Source of the DNA: a virus | Lineage: Duplodnaviria; Heunggongvirae; Uroviricota; Caudoviricetes | IMG/VR virus record: IMGVR_UViG_643348549_000020 | Length of the DNA stretch: 64,000 nucleotides | Strand: one strand, 5' to 3' | Shown: positions 40,531 through 51,876 of the stretch, one piece after another | Layout of the letters: each line of letters opens with the position of its first letter | Position numbering within the stretch: position 1 is the first letter of the stretch | Position numbers and translations under genes: made by a program | Notes under the pieces: generated by a model | Told to the model about the DNA's origin: nothing | Seen by the model: only the letters and a program-made list of their open reading frames with translations | Databases searched by the model: none

Positions 40531-42477
40531 TCATGCCGCAGTGTCTGTGCTGTTCACTTCCACCGCAATGCTGTCTATCAGTACCGGGTAAGTCGCACCT
40601 CTGGTAATGTCTGTCACATGCAGTTTATCCGCCGCAAAGGCACTGACCGGTGACTGCGTCAGCGTGAACGGTGTGCCATCCTGACCATCAATAACCGGCG
40701 TCACCTGCAGGCTGTTATTCCCGGCAAAGCGGAAAGCCAGCGTATGCCATTCGTTATCAAATGCGCCAAAGGTTCCCAGTTTCAGGTTGTTTGTCGCCAC
40801 TTTCGCATTGTGGTACATCACATTCAGGTCTTTTGCATCTGTCTGGATGTAGAACGCTGCCAGCAGGTTATTCCCCCCGTCTCCGGTCAGGGCAACGCCC
40901 TGTGGCAGTGAAGATACCGGCCAGTAAAACGCCATAACATACTGGTTCGCAGCCAGCGCTCCCGAAACCTTAAAGCGGCAGCGAATCTGCCCCCCTTTCT
41001 GTAACAGAGCCGCACCGTTGCCCGCGGCGTACTCCAGCACCCAGCTGCTTTTACCGGCTTCCTTGGTCAGCTTCACTGCCTTACCTCCGGTTCCCTCCGC
41101 ATCGCTGACCACTTCTGCCCTGCCGCCACTGGCTGACCATCCCTGTACTTTCAGGCTTCCCTCTGACTCGCTGGCAAGGTAAGAGAGCAGTGTTGTGACG
41201 CCTGTGGCTTCTGCACCGGAAGGCGATGACGGGCGCACCTCTGATACTGTCGATGATGCCCCCGCGTTTAGCGCCACTCTTCCCGCATGGCGCAAAATCG
41301 CCGTTGCCAGACGGTCGGAAATAATCCCGCGGCGAGCCCATGAACTGAAATGGCTCGCCCTGTCCTGTGACGTCCAGGTGGCTGAGCTGTCACGCCATTT
41401 CGAACCGTAATATCCGATACCCGGAATGTCCGGGTCTTCTTCCGGTTTGTTCGTCGGCACATTCACCCCGTTCTCATCGGTCATGAACGGTACGAAATGG
41501 ATATTCTTTTCCGTTTTGTTTTTGTAGCTGCCGTACACCGTCTGGTAGGTGGCTTCGTTCTTCTGCTTCCAGAAATACGTCGTGTCCCCGCATATCCAGG
41601 GAACACCGTCAGCAGAGCCACCGACGCACTGACCTGCCATATCCGCCAGGTCTGCACGGAATTTATCAACCAGCGCACCAAACTGTGCTGCGTGATTTGC
41701 CGGCGTACCGCCAAAATCAAATTCCCCCTGCATCCACACCACGGCAAACAGCACATTTTTCGGGTTCTTCTTCAGTGCTGCTTTTGTTCGACCGATAAGG
41801 TCCTTATACAGCGGCTTGTCCACACCCCAGCGGGTTGAATTCTCCGAAGCACCACTCGCGTCACTGTATGTGCCATCAGCTCCGGTGGTGAACGCTGAAC
41901 CACCACGACAGCACGGAACCAGCAGAATGCCCGCATTCGCCGGTATAAACGGCAGCAATTTTTTGGCGATATGCAGCCCCTGCCCCACGGTTCCGTACTG
42001 CCCCTTTGACAGGTCCGCTTTCGGATGGTTAAGGCGGCTCATGTCCTGCACATCATGCAGACAATGGTCCGCCGGAATGATGTCGTTATATTTACAGGCG
42101 ACACCGCCCGGTGTCACCGTACTGCGGCGCGCCAGCTGCTTAATACGCGGGTCCGGACGGTCATATGTCTCCGGCAGCGGAAGGCCTTCACCATATGCCA
42201 TGCTGTTTGACTGCCCCGCCAGAACCACAATAAAGTAATACTCCGGGTCTCTGGTGGCGCTGATTACTGCACCTTCTCCACCTGTCAGCTTCACCACAAC
42301 AGGTGTGCTCACATCACCTTCTGCGACAATCGCCTGAATAAGTGCTGCGCCATCATCCGTATACGAAGAAAACGGCCCACCGTATGGTTGCCATCCTTCA
42401 CGAATTTTTTGCGCAAGTGCATCAGCAAGGTCTGACGGCGACGCCGCCCTGACAACATCATAATGTTTAAATGTCAT
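40531..42477 (-). CDS. prophage sialate O-acetylesterase (NanS-p-like, SASA domain)
   Basis: 648-aa ORF in the position occupied by nanS-p downstream of stx in Stx phages; GDS(L)-like esterase motifs. Confidence 0.7.
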   Translation of the reverse strand: MTFKHYDVVRAASPSDLADALAQKIREGWQPYGGPFSSYTDDGAALIQAIVAEGDVSTPVVVKLTGGEGAVISATRDPEYYFIVVLAGQSNSMAYGEGLPLPETYDRPDPRIKQLARRSTVTPGGVACKYNDIIPADHCLHDVQDMSRLNHPKADLSKGQYGTVGQGLHIAKKLLPFIPANAGILLVPCCRGGSAFTTGADGTYSDASGASENSTRWGVDKPLYKDLIGRTKAALKKNPKNVLFAVVWMQGEFDFGGTPANHAAQFGALVDKFRADLADMAGQCVGGSADGVPWICGDTTYFWKQKNEATYQTVYGSYKNKTEKNIHFVPFMTDENGVNVPTNKPEEDPDIPGIGYYGSKWRDSSATWTSQDRASHFSSWARRGIISDRLATAILRHAGRVALNAGASSTVSEVRPSSPSGAEATGVTTLLSYLASESEGSLKVQGWSASGGRAEVVSDAEGTGGKAVKLTKEAGKSSWVLEYAAGNGAALLQKGGQIRCRFKVSGALAANQYVMAFYWPVSSLPQGVALTGDGGNNLLAAFYIQTDAKDLNVMYHNAKVATNNLKLGTFGAFDNEWHTLAFRFAGNNSLQVTPVIDGQDGTPFTLTQSPVSAFAADKLHVTDITRGATYPVLIDSIAVEVNSTDTAA

Positions 42478-42988
42478 TATTCCTCCCGGCCGGGATAGTG
42501 TATTAAATCAGATATGGAGTGGGCTGTAGTCCGGAAGCCTGAATGACACACGGGGACTACAGCCCAAGAAATGAAAAAAGGCCACGCAGTTGCGCAGCCT
42601 GATAAACCCTGGTTAAAATCCACACGATAACAACACAACAATATCAGTATCTCATGCTATTGCCCGAACCCATTCGGGCATTTTTTACCCATAAAAAAGC
42701 CCCTCCGGAGAGGGGCATGTTTGCATGCACATTCTTTTTCTTGCATGGTGCCGGGTGCCTCCCGGTGAATTCAGTATCAGCACCTGAATCCGCGATTATC
42801 ACATATACCTGGTTGCTGATTGCCCCTCCGCACAGGGGGATTCACCATGCGAAATTTTTTTAACAAACGCTCAGCATGTCAGGCAACATTCAACTGCCTG
42901 AATTGTGAGGCATTTAACATTTCACTGTCCGGTGTCTTTCCTGTAATAAAAAGCCCGCAAAAGAGAGTCAGGGCAGATAAGTGTGGTG

Positions 42989-43065
42989 TGGCGCGTTGTA
43001 CTGGATTCGGACCAGTGACCGATTGCTTAGAAGGCAATTGCTCTGTCCGGCTGAGCTAACAACGC
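42989..43065 (-). tRNA. tRNA-Arg (anticodon UCU)
   Basis: 77 nt; 7-bp acceptor stem GCGTTGT/ACAACGC, anticodon loop CTTCTAA, 3' CCA. Confidence 0.8.
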
Positions 43066-43078
43066 TGAATACCGATAA

Positions 43079-43155
43079 TGGACCGCCATCGGGGACCCGA
43101 ACCCCGCGCAACCAGCTTCGAAGGCTGGCGCTCTGTCCTGATGAGCTAATGGCGG
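43079..43155 (-). tRNA. tRNA-Arg (anticodon UCG)
   Basis: 77 nt; acceptor stem CCGCCAT/ATGGCGG, anticodon loop CTTCGAA, T-arm CGGGG-TTCGGGT-CCCCG, 3' CCA. Confidence 0.75.
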
Positions 43156-43164
43156 TATGTGATA

Positions 43165-43240
43165 TGGTGGCCCTTGCTGGATTTGAACCAGCGACCTGGC
43201 GATTATGAGTCGCTCGCTCTCACCACTGAGCTAAAGGGCC
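43165..43240 (-). tRNA. tRNA with CAU anticodon (Ile2/ileZ-like, possibly Met)
   Basis: 76 nt; GGCCCTT acceptor stem, anticodon loop CTCATAA, TTCAAAT T-loop, 3' CCA; resembles phage ileZ. Confidence 0.8.
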
Positions 43241-43611
43241 GGGCGCAGGATAATAACGGTACGTAACTAATCCTGCAATATCATCCGTTCTGACTGACTA
43301 AATCCTGAACTTCCCTGACCGTCTGCTCAAAACGTTCAGTCTCCAGCTCAACGCCAATTGCACGACGCCCCAGCGACATTGCTGCTTTGACGCTACGGAC
43401 ATAAAAAAGCCAGCCACTGGGGGAGGCTGGCAAACTCGTAGAGCAAAATGCTGTTACGCAAACTTCGTTACAGGGTCATCCTGCAATACAAAAAATACAC
43501 AATATTTAGAAAACTAATAGTGCCATGTGCAATTTTTAAGATTTTGTTATTAATTGTGGTCGCACCTTCCTTTCTGTGTACTTTCCGTATAGCTCACAGG
43601 ATTCTGGGTAC

Positions 43612-43634
43612 AAAAAAACCCGCGCATCGGCGGG
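43612..43634 (-). terminator. tR'-like rho-independent terminator downstream of Q
   Basis: Minus strand: CCCGC-loop-GCGGG hairpin followed by TTTTTTT about 50 nt after the Q stop. Confidence 0.5.
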
Positions 43635-43684
43635 TTAATAAGCAGCGTGGCAATGTAACCACTCTTATCATGATATGCAGATTT

Positions 43685-44119
43685 TTACGATCGTAAACTA
43701 TTTTTTCGCTGATAAAATACAGAGGTTCTCCCTCCCGGCAATTCACGCTCAACATACCGATCCATCTCAAGCCTCACTCCCAGCATCATCAGCATGCCTT
43801 CAACAATCCCCTCCGCTTTGTGAAGGCGTTTACCTATACAGGTGTCAGAGCACCCATGTTTCCGTGCCAGCGCCATGAACGTCTCCCCCAACACGTAATA
43901 ATCAACCAGCAAGTCATGCAGATCGCGATTGTTCCGGTAAAGGCGGGCTATACACCCGCATATCACCATCGCATCATCGTCACAGCACTGCGGGCGTGAT
44001 TTTACTTTTTCGGGGATCAGTCCCTTAAAACCGGCGGCAATGGACGACCAGGTCACATCTTCATGATTATTAGCCGCCCACGCTCCCCAACGCTCAAGAA
44101 CCATCTGAATATCACGCAT
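43685..44119 (-). CDS. late-gene antiterminator Q
   Basis: Start set at ATG 44119 (track start is TTG); Cys-rich protein in the Q position between rusA and tR'/tRNAs. Confidence 0.7.
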   Translation of the reverse strand: MRDIQMVLERWGAWAANNHEDVTWSSIAAGFKGLIPEKVKSRPQCCDDDAMVICGCIARLYRNNRDLHDLLVDYYVLGETFMALARKHGCSDTCIGKRLHKAEGIVEGMLMMLGVRLEMDRYVERELPGGRTSVFYQRKNSLRS

Positions 44120-44341
44120 CAACTTACTCCACAAAAATCAGACCAGAACGCCAATTACAAGCAAAAATCAACAAAACAGTATTAGTTGATTGTTATCTCT
44201 GACTTCATACTCCTGCTCCTGTCAGGGTTTTGGCGTAATTCTTCAGTATTCGGTAATCGGTCAAAACAGAACCGGGGAAACGATATAAGCGCAGACGCCC
44301 CCAGCGGTGGCGAAGAAGTTCTGCCATATTAAACTCAAACA

Positions 44342-44704
44342 TCATTCATTCCCCATTTCGGTGATGGTCAGTTCCAGCCTCCCACCTTTGGTAACAGGCA
44401 TCTTCACAACGCGGTAATCAACGACCTGAGCATCATCCAGCCAGAAACCTGCTTTAGTGAGTGCGTCAAAAGCGGCTTTTTGCAGATTATCCAGGTCACG
44501 GCGACGGCGATCCGGCATGTGGCACTCAATGCGGATTTTCACAGGCATAGCCAGGCCGATATCCAGCATTGCGTTTTTAATGATTCGGGCGACGTTATCG
44601 CGGTATGCCTGCCCCTCTGCACTGACGTGCGTGCGCCCGCGATTATGGCGGTAATAGCGATTATTGCTCGGAGGCCAGGGTAATGTGATACTGTAGGTAT
44701 TCAC
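44342..44704 (-). CDS. rusA: Holliday junction resolvase RusA
   Basis: 120 aa, matches E. coli DLP12 RusA as I recall it; GTG start overlapping the ybcO stop. Confidence 0.9.
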   Translation of the reverse strand: MNTYSITLPWPPSNNRYYRHNRGRTHVSAEGQAYRDNVARIIKNAMLDIGLAMPVKIRIECHMPDRRRRDLDNLQKAAFDALTKAGFWLDDAQVVDYRVVKMPVTKGGRLELTITEMGNE

Positions 44705-44991
44705 GCCTTAATAACCCCCTCTTTCAGCCAGATAACCTGTGTTCTCGCCATACCTTCCAGCGCGCATTCTTTTGCATATGCAGCATCGACAAAATGTGTG
44801 CGGCGGTCGATTTCGTCGTGGCAGGCAGAACATGCAATGGTGGCAATCAGGTCTGGCGGTTTGATACCGGTACCGCACAATCCAGCCAGCCGGATATGTG
44901 CCAGTACAGACGTTTCAGAATTGCCATTACATACGCCAGGGATTCTTACCTGGCATTCCCGACCACGCGCTGCTTTTCTCAAATCAGCCAT
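44701..44991 (-). CDS. ybcO: YbcO-like nuclease (DUF1364)
   Basis: 96 aa from ATG with AAGGAGG Shine-Dalgarno (track start 45030 is TTG); Cys/His cluster. Confidence 0.75.
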   Translation of the reverse strand: MADLRKAARGRECQVRIPGVCNGNSETSVLAHIRLAGLCGTGIKPPDLIATIACSACHDEIDRRTHFVDAAYAKECALEGMARTQVIWLKEGVIKA

Positions 44992-45154
44992 GATTCCTCC
45001 TTGCTGCCAGTCGCAACCATTTTTTATCAACCAGGCTAGCGGTATATCCGAGCAGTGTTGGTATTTCGGATGGCTTCAGCTCAGGCTTACGCTTACGACG
45101 ATTTGATACTCTGTAGATGTGTCCGTTCATGACACGAATAAGCGGTGTAGCCAT
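44984..45154 (-). CDS. ninE: NinE
   Basis: 56-aa [59 protein letters not shown] by manual translation; overlaps ybcN stop and ybcO start. Confidence 0.6.
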   Translation of the reverse strand: MATPLIRVMNGHIYRVSNRRKRKPELKPSEIPTLLGYTASLVDKKWLRLAARRNHG

Positions 45155-45609
45155 TACGCCTCCTGCTTGTCACGGAGCTGCTGGAACTCGCAGCTCTGCG
45201 GAATAGTCAGATGGCAACCAATATTCATCGCCCAGGCTTCAACCTTACACAGGAAGACATACATCTCTCCGGTATCAAGATCGGAGGTATGGCGTAACGA
45301 CTGGATAGTGGTGATATCACCGGTTACGACATCAACCAGGTCTTTGGTTTCATAACCGAGATATGTGTGTTTGAGAGCATCTTTTACCCAAGCTGGAGTG
45401 GCGAACGTTTTACCCCTGCTGATGAGGTATTCACTGATTTCGCTGTACCACATGTGGCTGAGTGCATTCTGGGAAAGACTGCGTTTCTCACGCCACGGTT
45501 TAAGCACCATGCGAAAGCATTTGCCCTCCTCCAGATAAGGCTGGATCTGCCGACCGATAGCGGTGAAGTTGCCGCGATGTAATTTGATGCCGTCTTGTGA
45601 GAGGTTCAC
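45154..45609 (-). CDS. ybcN: YbcN-like Nin-region protein
   Basis: 151-aa ORF (GTG start) matching DLP12 YbcN in sequence and position. Confidence 0.7.
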
Positions 45610-45823
45610 GCTTCACCTCCGCAGAGGTCAAACGCTAGATGCAAAGAATTGCAGGTGCATTTCTGCATCTGTGAAGGGAGAAGAGAGTTTGGATTGTATG
45701 TGCGCATAAACGTCCCCGTTTAGCGCAGAAGTCACCGGAGTTGTTCAGGCTCCGGTGACATAATTATGCCGTGTTGATTTCCCAAAATCAAAATCGATAG
45801 AATTGCTCCTTCTTAAAACACTT

Positions 45824-46621
45824 TTACTCTCTGGAAGCTTTTCTTATCTCTCTTGGTGTTATATTAAAACGATTATGAAATCTTTCAGTAAAACGCGAAG
45901 GACACTTATAACCATTTTCTCTGGCAATCTCGCTTATAGGTTTTACCGTCGTTTGTATAGCAGACAACGCATTATTTAACCTCACATCGTCCAGTATACT
46001 TTGGAAACTTACCCCCTCGCTTGCTAGACGGCGATGTAATGTAGAAACAGAAATGTAGAGATATCGAGCAACCTTGTTTGCTGTCCATTTTGTGCCGGGT
46101 TCGGATAGCAGCAGGTTATAACAACGACTTATCAATGATTGTTTACTATATGATAAAAGTAAATGATTAACATGATTCACTCCTAACGAAAGTAGAACGC
46201 CCATTGCTAAGTGCTCCTGAATTTTAGTTGAGAAGCCTCGGGAAACAGATGTTTTTAGTTGCTCCCAACAATATATTAACTCAGGATTCTGAGGTAAAAA
46301 GAAACTTGTTTTGTTACGTATTTGATCAGTTACCGTATAAAGCTTTTGGAAACTCTCAATTAAATCAATGGGTAAGTAAAGCATTTCTGCAAGATAAAGC
46401 CCTGCTTCAGGATAATTCTCAATATAAAATTCATAACCACAAGGAAATAATATTATTTGATTATTATCAACAGTTAAAGTATGCGTCTCCCAATTGATAA
46501 CTTTCTTTCCCTGACGGATACGACACAAAGCTGGCATAAGAGGCTTAACCCTATGAATCTCATGATGTTTATGCATCCGTATTTCTTCGATCTTTAAGTT
46601 AGTCTTACCTCTTGCCAGCAT
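45824..46621 (-). CDS. ybcM: AraC-family transcriptional regulator YbcM
   Basis: 265 aa with C-terminal AraC-type HTH; AT-rich cargo gene. Confidence 0.8.
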
Positions 46622-46630
46622 ACTCTCACC

Positions 46631-47182
46631 CTACTTTATCTCATAAACTGGTGTTATCTCAGCGGTTGCGATTTTATTAGCATTAAGCATATAACCAACT
46701 AACGCTCCGCTGGAGTTAGAATCTACAGGAATCTTTTCAGTTTTTAGAGCCCATACTTTAAACTGGTAATGATGTGGTTTATCTCCTTTAGGAGGACATG
46801 CGCCACCAAACCCAGCATAGCCAAAATCATTTCGGCCTTGAACAGCACCAGTCGGCAGTTTTGTTCCATCACGTCTCCCTGCATCAACGGGCAAATATGT
46901 TACTGTTGCTGGAATATTAACAACAGTCCAATGCCACCAACCACTGCCTGTAGGTGCATCTGGATCATATACAGTTACGGCAAAGCTTTTGGTACCTTCA
47001 GGAACACCAGACCAGGTTAATGAGGGCGATGTATTACCACCTTCACACCCAAATCCAGAAAAGACATGAGACGTTGTAAGTTGCTCTCCTGTTTTTATTT
47101 CATTACTAGCGACCTGAAATGCTGCAGCCTGCGCAGAAAATGTTATGAATGCCAATACAGTTGAAACGATAAGTGTTTTCAT
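46631..47182 (-). CDS. ybcL: periplasmic PEBP/RKIP-family protein YbcL
   Basis: 183 aa with signal peptide; PEBP-family sequence. Confidence 0.85.
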   Translation of the reverse strand: MKTLIVSTVLAFITFSAQAAAFQVASNEIKTGEQLTTSHVFSGFGCEGGNTSPSLTWSGVPEGTKSFAVTVYDPDAPTGSGWWHWTVVNIPATVTYLPVDAGRRDGTKLPTGAVQGRNDFGYAGFGGACPPKGDKPHHYQFKVWALKTEKIPVDSNSSGALVGYMLNANKIATAEITPVYEIK

Positions 47183-47646
47183 AAAAACCTCTTTGTTATG
47201 ACCTATCGTTATTTTATTTGATATTCCTTTATCTCATTATGCATAAAGGCGCAATGTTCATGCAAAAGCAATCACAATTGTACCCCCAACCCAATTATTT
47301 GCCACAATATACACAAAGCACATTGATACTATCTAAAAACTCTGCTTTATTATTAGTAATACCTACGAAAGTCGGTGTTATTTTTTAACCTACCATTCAA
47401 AATACGTGACATACACCATTTTGCTCATAATAATTTGTCACGTATTTTCAGTATTTGAATCTGCGACCAAGAGTTCTCACCTAACAAATGATTAAGATTG
47501 TATAGCTCATTTACTACCCCAATACAGCCGTACAAAACTCGCTTGTGGGAGCAAACAAAGTAATTACCCATTAAGTTTCGTTAAAGATAATTAATTCTGT
47601 CTTGCACTTTATCATCATAGCATAACTTAAAATCCGAGATCATTAT

Positions 47647-49173
47647 TTAGAAATAAATCTCACCATCAACCATATATTTGAGAGCACTTATCGCCTGCTG
47701 GGCAGATATTACTTTCATTAAAGGATAGTGTTTAAAAACAATGCCATTCATAAAATAGATATCACAGGTTTTATTATCCGTATTAATTATGATTTTTTCG
47801 AATGTTTTATAGGCAAGTGTACGGCATAACTCTCGTCCATTTTTACTGGTTAAGTCAATAGCATAAAAATCACTGAATGAATTTACACCTTTACTCTTCA
47901 AAGTTTTCAATGATACCGAAGCCCTTCGTAATTCCTTATCTAATAGTCTTATTTTCTCTGCTATAGCGGTAACTTCAGGCGCGACAGACAATGCAACGAT
48001 TAAATTATTAATTTTCATCTGAAGCTCAATAATTTTTAACTCTAAAGTTTCATTAGCATCTTTCTTGTTTTCAACTGGTTGAATTTTGCTACAATTAAAA
48101 AGCAATTCATTAATGATATTATAATCAACCAAATCTCTTTTTATTGATGGCCTGTCACATCGATGTAATCTTCTCATCGGACAAACATAATAGCCATGCA
48201 AACTTCCAGATACCGCATGAACAATCATGGTATTACCACAAGCCTCACACTTCATAACTGTTCGAAGTAGATTTATTAGCATAGGATTCTTGCTACTATT
48301 GCTAATACCAAAAGGTGCCAACCGAATTTCCTGTACAGCGTAAAACAAATCATCTGATATGACTCTGGGATAATAGCCAGCGATTTCACTTATCCCTTTC
48401 CCTCTTGCACGATATGAAGGTACGCATATACCTATCAGAGCTTTATTCGCTAATAATTTTTCAATTACAGAAGGTCCCCATGCACTTTCTTTTCCTGAGA
48501 AATTCTTTACAGCATGATCATTTAAATACTTGGCTATTGCATTCAATGAGCGCCTTTCCATCCTGAGTTTAAAAATTAGCTCAATAGTTTTCACCCTGTC
48601 GGGGTCTGGAACAAAAGCCGTTCTTTTGTCATCTAAGGAGAGCCATCTCGGACAAGACGCCGTCATAATCGTACCTGATTCCAGTGCATCCTGCCGTTTT
48701 TTCTTCCATGATAATTTAACCCGACTTGACTTTATCTCGCTTTCTTCATTTGCCCTTTGTGCTATAAGTATGGCTTTTATTAATGAATATGGCTCATTCA
48801 AAGAGTCAATATTATAGACTGTATTGTCGCAAAGAGTTATAACATCAATACCGTGATTCAAAATCAATTTCAGACGTTCAATCGCTTCACCGACTTTTTC
48901 TCTTGAAAGTCTGTCCAGACTTTCAACTAACAATGTAGTTCCTGGCAATATATAACCATGCTCTATAGCATCTAAAAATTCCGAAAAAGCTCCTGATTGT
49001 GCATGCTTTCCTTTGAATGCACTTAATCCTAAATCTTCATATGTTATGGTATCAAGATAATAATCACTATTTACCTTTAACCATTCAGCAATAAGTCTTC
49101 TCTGTCGGTTTAATGAGTCGCCAGACATCTGACCTGGTGATGAAAATCGCATATATGCTATGGCTTTTTTCAT
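47647..49173 (-). CDS. ybcK: serine recombinase YbcK
   Basis: 508 aa; N-terminal resolvase domain with catalytic Ser (AIAYMRFSSPGQ) and large C-terminal recombinase domain. Confidence 0.85.
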   Translation of the reverse strand: MKKAIAYMRFSSPGQMSGDSLNRQRRLIAEWLKVNSDYYLDTITYEDLGLSAFKGKHAQSGAFSEFLDAIEHGYILPGTTLLVESLDRLSREKVGEAIERLKLILNHGIDVITLCDNTVYNIDSLNEPYSLIKAILIAQRANEESEIKSSRVKLSWKKKRQDALESGTIMTASCPRWLSLDDKRTAFVPDPDRVKTIELIFKLRMERRSLNAIAKYLNDHAVKNFSGKESAWGPSVIEKLLANKALIGICVPSYRARGKGISEIAGYYPRVISDDLFYAVQEIRLAPFGISNSSKNPMLINLLRTVMKCEACGNTMIVHAVSGSLHGYYVCPMRRLHRCDRPSIKRDLVDYNIINELLFNCSKIQPVENKKDANETLELKIIELQMKINNLIVALSVAPEVTAIAEKIRLLDKELRRASVSLKTLKSKGVNSFSDFYAIDLTSKNGRELCRTLAYKTFEKIIINTDNKTCDIYFMNGIVFKHYPLMKVISAQQAISALKYMVDGEIYF

Positions 49174-49429
49174 GGTGACACCTGCTAACGTATGCTTTTA
49201 TAAACCTTAGTGGTGGGATATAATTTTTGTTTAATTTTTATTTAAAAAGACAATTAAGATCACATTATCTTGAATATACAACAATAATCGTATTGCAATT
49301 TTCTTACGCCATAATCTTGAAAGCACAAAAGAATACATAAAAAAATAAAGACATTAACAAAAAGCATAAAACGAGGCTCATATAAATATAAGAACCTCCA
49401 TATTTTAGTCGTTTAGAAACAAATTATTT

Positions 49430-49762
49430 TTAATGTGGTGTGCTTCGTGACAATAAATTAATAACCAACACACCGGCACAAATCAACATCATGCCTATAA
49501 TGGCTGGCAGGTCCAGCCGTTGGCCGAAAAGTCCCCATGACAGTAAGCTAATCAGGACAATACCGACTCCTGACCAGATAGCATAAGCAATCCCTGTAGG
49601 AATATAAGCCAGCGTCTGAGCTAATAACCAGAATGATGCACAATAACAAATAATTGTACCAACAGATGGCCATAACCGTGTAAAACCTTCTGAAAACTTC
49701 ATTAAGGTTGTACCAATGACCTCTGCAAGTATTGCACCACCAAGATAAATATAAGGGTTCAT
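49430..49762 (-). CDS. emrE: SMR-family multidrug efflux protein EmrE
   Basis: 110 aa from MNPYIYLGGAILAEVIGTTLMKF..., essentially the E. coli EmrE sequence. Confidence 0.9.
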   Translation of the reverse strand: MNPYIYLGGAILAEVIGTTLMKFSEGFTRLWPSVGTIICYCASFWLLAQTLAYIPTGIAYAIWSGVGIVLISLLSWGLFGQRLDLPAIIGMMLICAGVLVINLLSRSTPH

Positions 49763-49829
49763 AGAATATTCTTTCCTGTTCAAACTGGAGAGAATTGTAC
49801 TACAGTTTGAACTCAACTCACCTGTTTCA

Positions 49830-50132
49830 TCATTGTGTACCCATTGATGTTCTTTTATATACCCTCAATACCCGTTTCATCGCGGCACTCTGGCGACACT
49901 CCTTAAAAATCAGATTCGTGCTCACCTTTCCTTCCCGTTCTTCTCTGGTAGCGAACCGGTAATACACCGTTCGCCAGACCTTACCATCAACGACCAGGAT
50001 TCCTGCCCGCGCCATTTTAGCCGCAGCCTGATTTATGCTGGTTACGGTTGCGCCTGTTACCGCGGCAACGTCCTGTGCACAGAAGCTCTTATGCGTCCCC
50101 AGGTAATGAATAATTGCCTCTTTGCCCGTCAT
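49830..50132 (-). CDS. ren: Ren exclusion protein
   Basis: 100 aa, close match to lambda Ren (MTGKEAIIHYLGTH...). Confidence 0.8.
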   Translation of the reverse strand: MTGKEAIIHYLGTHKSFCAQDVAAVTGATVTSINQAAAKMARAGILVVDGKVWRTVYYRFATREEREGKVSTNLIFKECRQSAAMKRVLRVYKRTSMGTQ

Positions 50133-50566
50133 ACACTTGCTCCTTTCAGTCCGAACTTAGCTTTAATTTCTGCGATCTTCGCCAGAGCCTGTGCACGATT
50201 TAGAGGTCTACCGCCCATAACAGGAAGTTGTTTTACTGGTTCAGGTATCGTCTCACCACGGTTAATTCGCGCTGTCATACAGGTCAGTTCATCGGCAGCC
50301 TTGCGCCGTAATTCCGCGTCAGTCAGCGCATTGGCCCGCATGTTCTGGTACAAGTTGGTAACCAACCAGTAATGCGCGTTCGATTTCCACGGATAAGACT
50401 CTGCATCCGGATACAGGCCACGCTTCCGGCAATACTCGTAAACCATATCAACCAGCTCGCTGACGTTTGGCAGCCCGGCGTTAACGGATGCTTCTTCCCG
50501 GCACCAGGCCACAAACTGCCCGGGTGATGGCAGGAATGGTCGATTCTGCCGACGGGCTACGCGCAT
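50129..50566 (-). pseudogene. P: replication protein P, C-terminal fragment (disrupted by IS629)
   Basis: Matches the lambda P C-terminal ~144 aa (MRVARRQNRPFLPSPGQFVAWCRE...); begins at the IS629 target duplication. Confidence 0.85.
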
Positions 50567-50620
50567 TGAACCGCCCCGGAAATCCTGGAGACTAAACTCC
50601 CTGAGAAAGAGGTAAACAGG

Positions 50621-50947
50621 ATGACTAAAAATACTCGTTTTTCCCCCGAAGTCCGTCAGCGGGCGATTCGTATGGTTCTGGAAAGTCAGGATGAATATGA
50701 CTCACAGTGGGCGGCAATTTGTTCCATTGCCCCAAAGATTGGCTGTACGCCGGAGACTCTGCGTGTCTGGGTTCGCCAGCATGAGCGGGATACCGGGGGC
50801 GGTGATGGTGGGCTCACCAGCGCTGAACGTCAGCGTCTGAAAGAGCTGGAACGTGAAAATCGTGAACTGCGCCGCAGTAACGATATCCTTCGCCAGGCTT
50901 CCGCTTATTTTGCGAAGGCGGAGTTCGACCGCCTCTGGAAAAAATGA
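50621..50947 (+). CDS. IS629 transposase OrfA
   Basis: 108 aa, HTH plus leucine-zipper-like region, matches IS629/IS3-family OrfA. Confidence 0.9.
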   Translation: MTKNTRFSPEVRQRAIRMVLESQDEYDSQWAAICSIAPKIGCTPETLRVWVRQHERDTGGGDGGLTSAERQRLKELERENRELRRSNDILRQASAYFAKAEFDRLWKK

Positions 50948-51834
50948 TGCCACTGCTGGATAAGCTGCGTGAGCAGTACGGGGTCGGACCGGTATGCAGC
51001 GAACTGCATATTGCCCCGTCAACGTATTACCATTGTCAGCAACAGCGACATCATCCGGATAAACGCAGTGCCCGTGCGCAGCACGACGACTGGCTGAAGA
51101 GAGAGATACAGCGCGTATACGATGAAAATCATCAGGTGTACGGTGTGCGTAAAGTCTGGCGTCAGTTGTTACGGGAAGGAATCAGGGTGGCCAGATGTAC
51201 AGTGGCACGTCTCATGGCGGTTATGGGACTTGCCGGTGTTCTCCGGGGTAAAAAGGTCCGTACGACCATCAGCCGGAAAGCCGTTGCCGCAGGCGACCGC
51301 GTAAACCGTCAGTTCGTGGCAGAACGACCTGACCAGCTGTGGGTGGCTGATTTTACTTACGTCAGCACATGGCAGGGCTTCGTCTATGTGGCGTTTATCA
51401 TTGATGTGTTTGCCGGATACATCGTGGGGTGGCGGGTCTCATCGTCTATGGAAACGACATTCGTGCTGGATGCGCTGGAGCAGGCGTTGTGGGCCCGTCG
51501 TCCGTCTGGCACCATCCATCACAGCGATAAAGGCTCTCAGTATGTGTCACTGGCCTATACGGAGCGACTAAAAGAAGCCGGATTACTGGCATCAACAGGG
51601 AGTACAGGCGACTCGTATGACAACGCGATGGCTGAGAGCATCAATGGTCTTTACAAAGCGGAGGTAATACACCGTAAGAGCTGGAAAAACCGTGCAGAAG
51701 TGGAACTGGCCACACTAACGTGGGTGGACTGGTATAACAATCGACGATTGCTGGGAAGGCTGGGCCATACTCCTCCGGCAGAAGCAGAAAAAGCTTATTA
51801 TGCTTCCATCGGAAACGATGATCTGGCAGCCTGA
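50944..51834 (+). CDS. IS629 transposase OrfB (DDE catalytic domain)
   Basis: 296 aa, overlaps orfA as in IS3-family frameshift arrangement. Confidence 0.9.
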   Translation: MMPLLDKLREQYGVGPVCSELHIAPSTYYHCQQQRHHPDKRSARAQHDDWLKREIQRVYDENHQVYGVRKVWRQLLREGIRVARCTVARLMAVMGLAGVLRGKKVRTTISRKAVAAGDRVNRQFVAERPDQLWVADFTYVSTWQGFVYVAFIIDVFAGYIVGWRVSSSMETTFVLDALEQALWARRPSGTIHHSDKGSQYVSLAYTERLKEAGLLASTGSTGDSYDNAMAESINGLYKAEVIHRKSWKNRAEVELATLTWVDWYNNRRLLGRLGHTPPAEAEKAYYASIGNDDLAA

Positions 51835-51876
51835 GTTCACAGATAAAACACTCTCCAGGAAACCCGGGGCGGTTCA

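Larger units (their letters stand above)
50567..51876 (+). mobile_element. IS629/IS1203-like IS3-family insertion sequence (1310 bp) inserted in gene P
   Basis: Imperfect terminal inverted repeats TGAACCGCCCCGG...; orfA and orfB; 3-bp target duplication CAT at 50564-50566 and 51877-51879. Confidence 0.9.

Noticed and set aside
42478-42988. Possible Shiga toxin genes between the tRNAs and NanS-p
   Set aside because: The interval is only about 510 bp (stxAB needs about 1.2 kb) and the short frames present show no AB5-toxin-like features or signal peptides.
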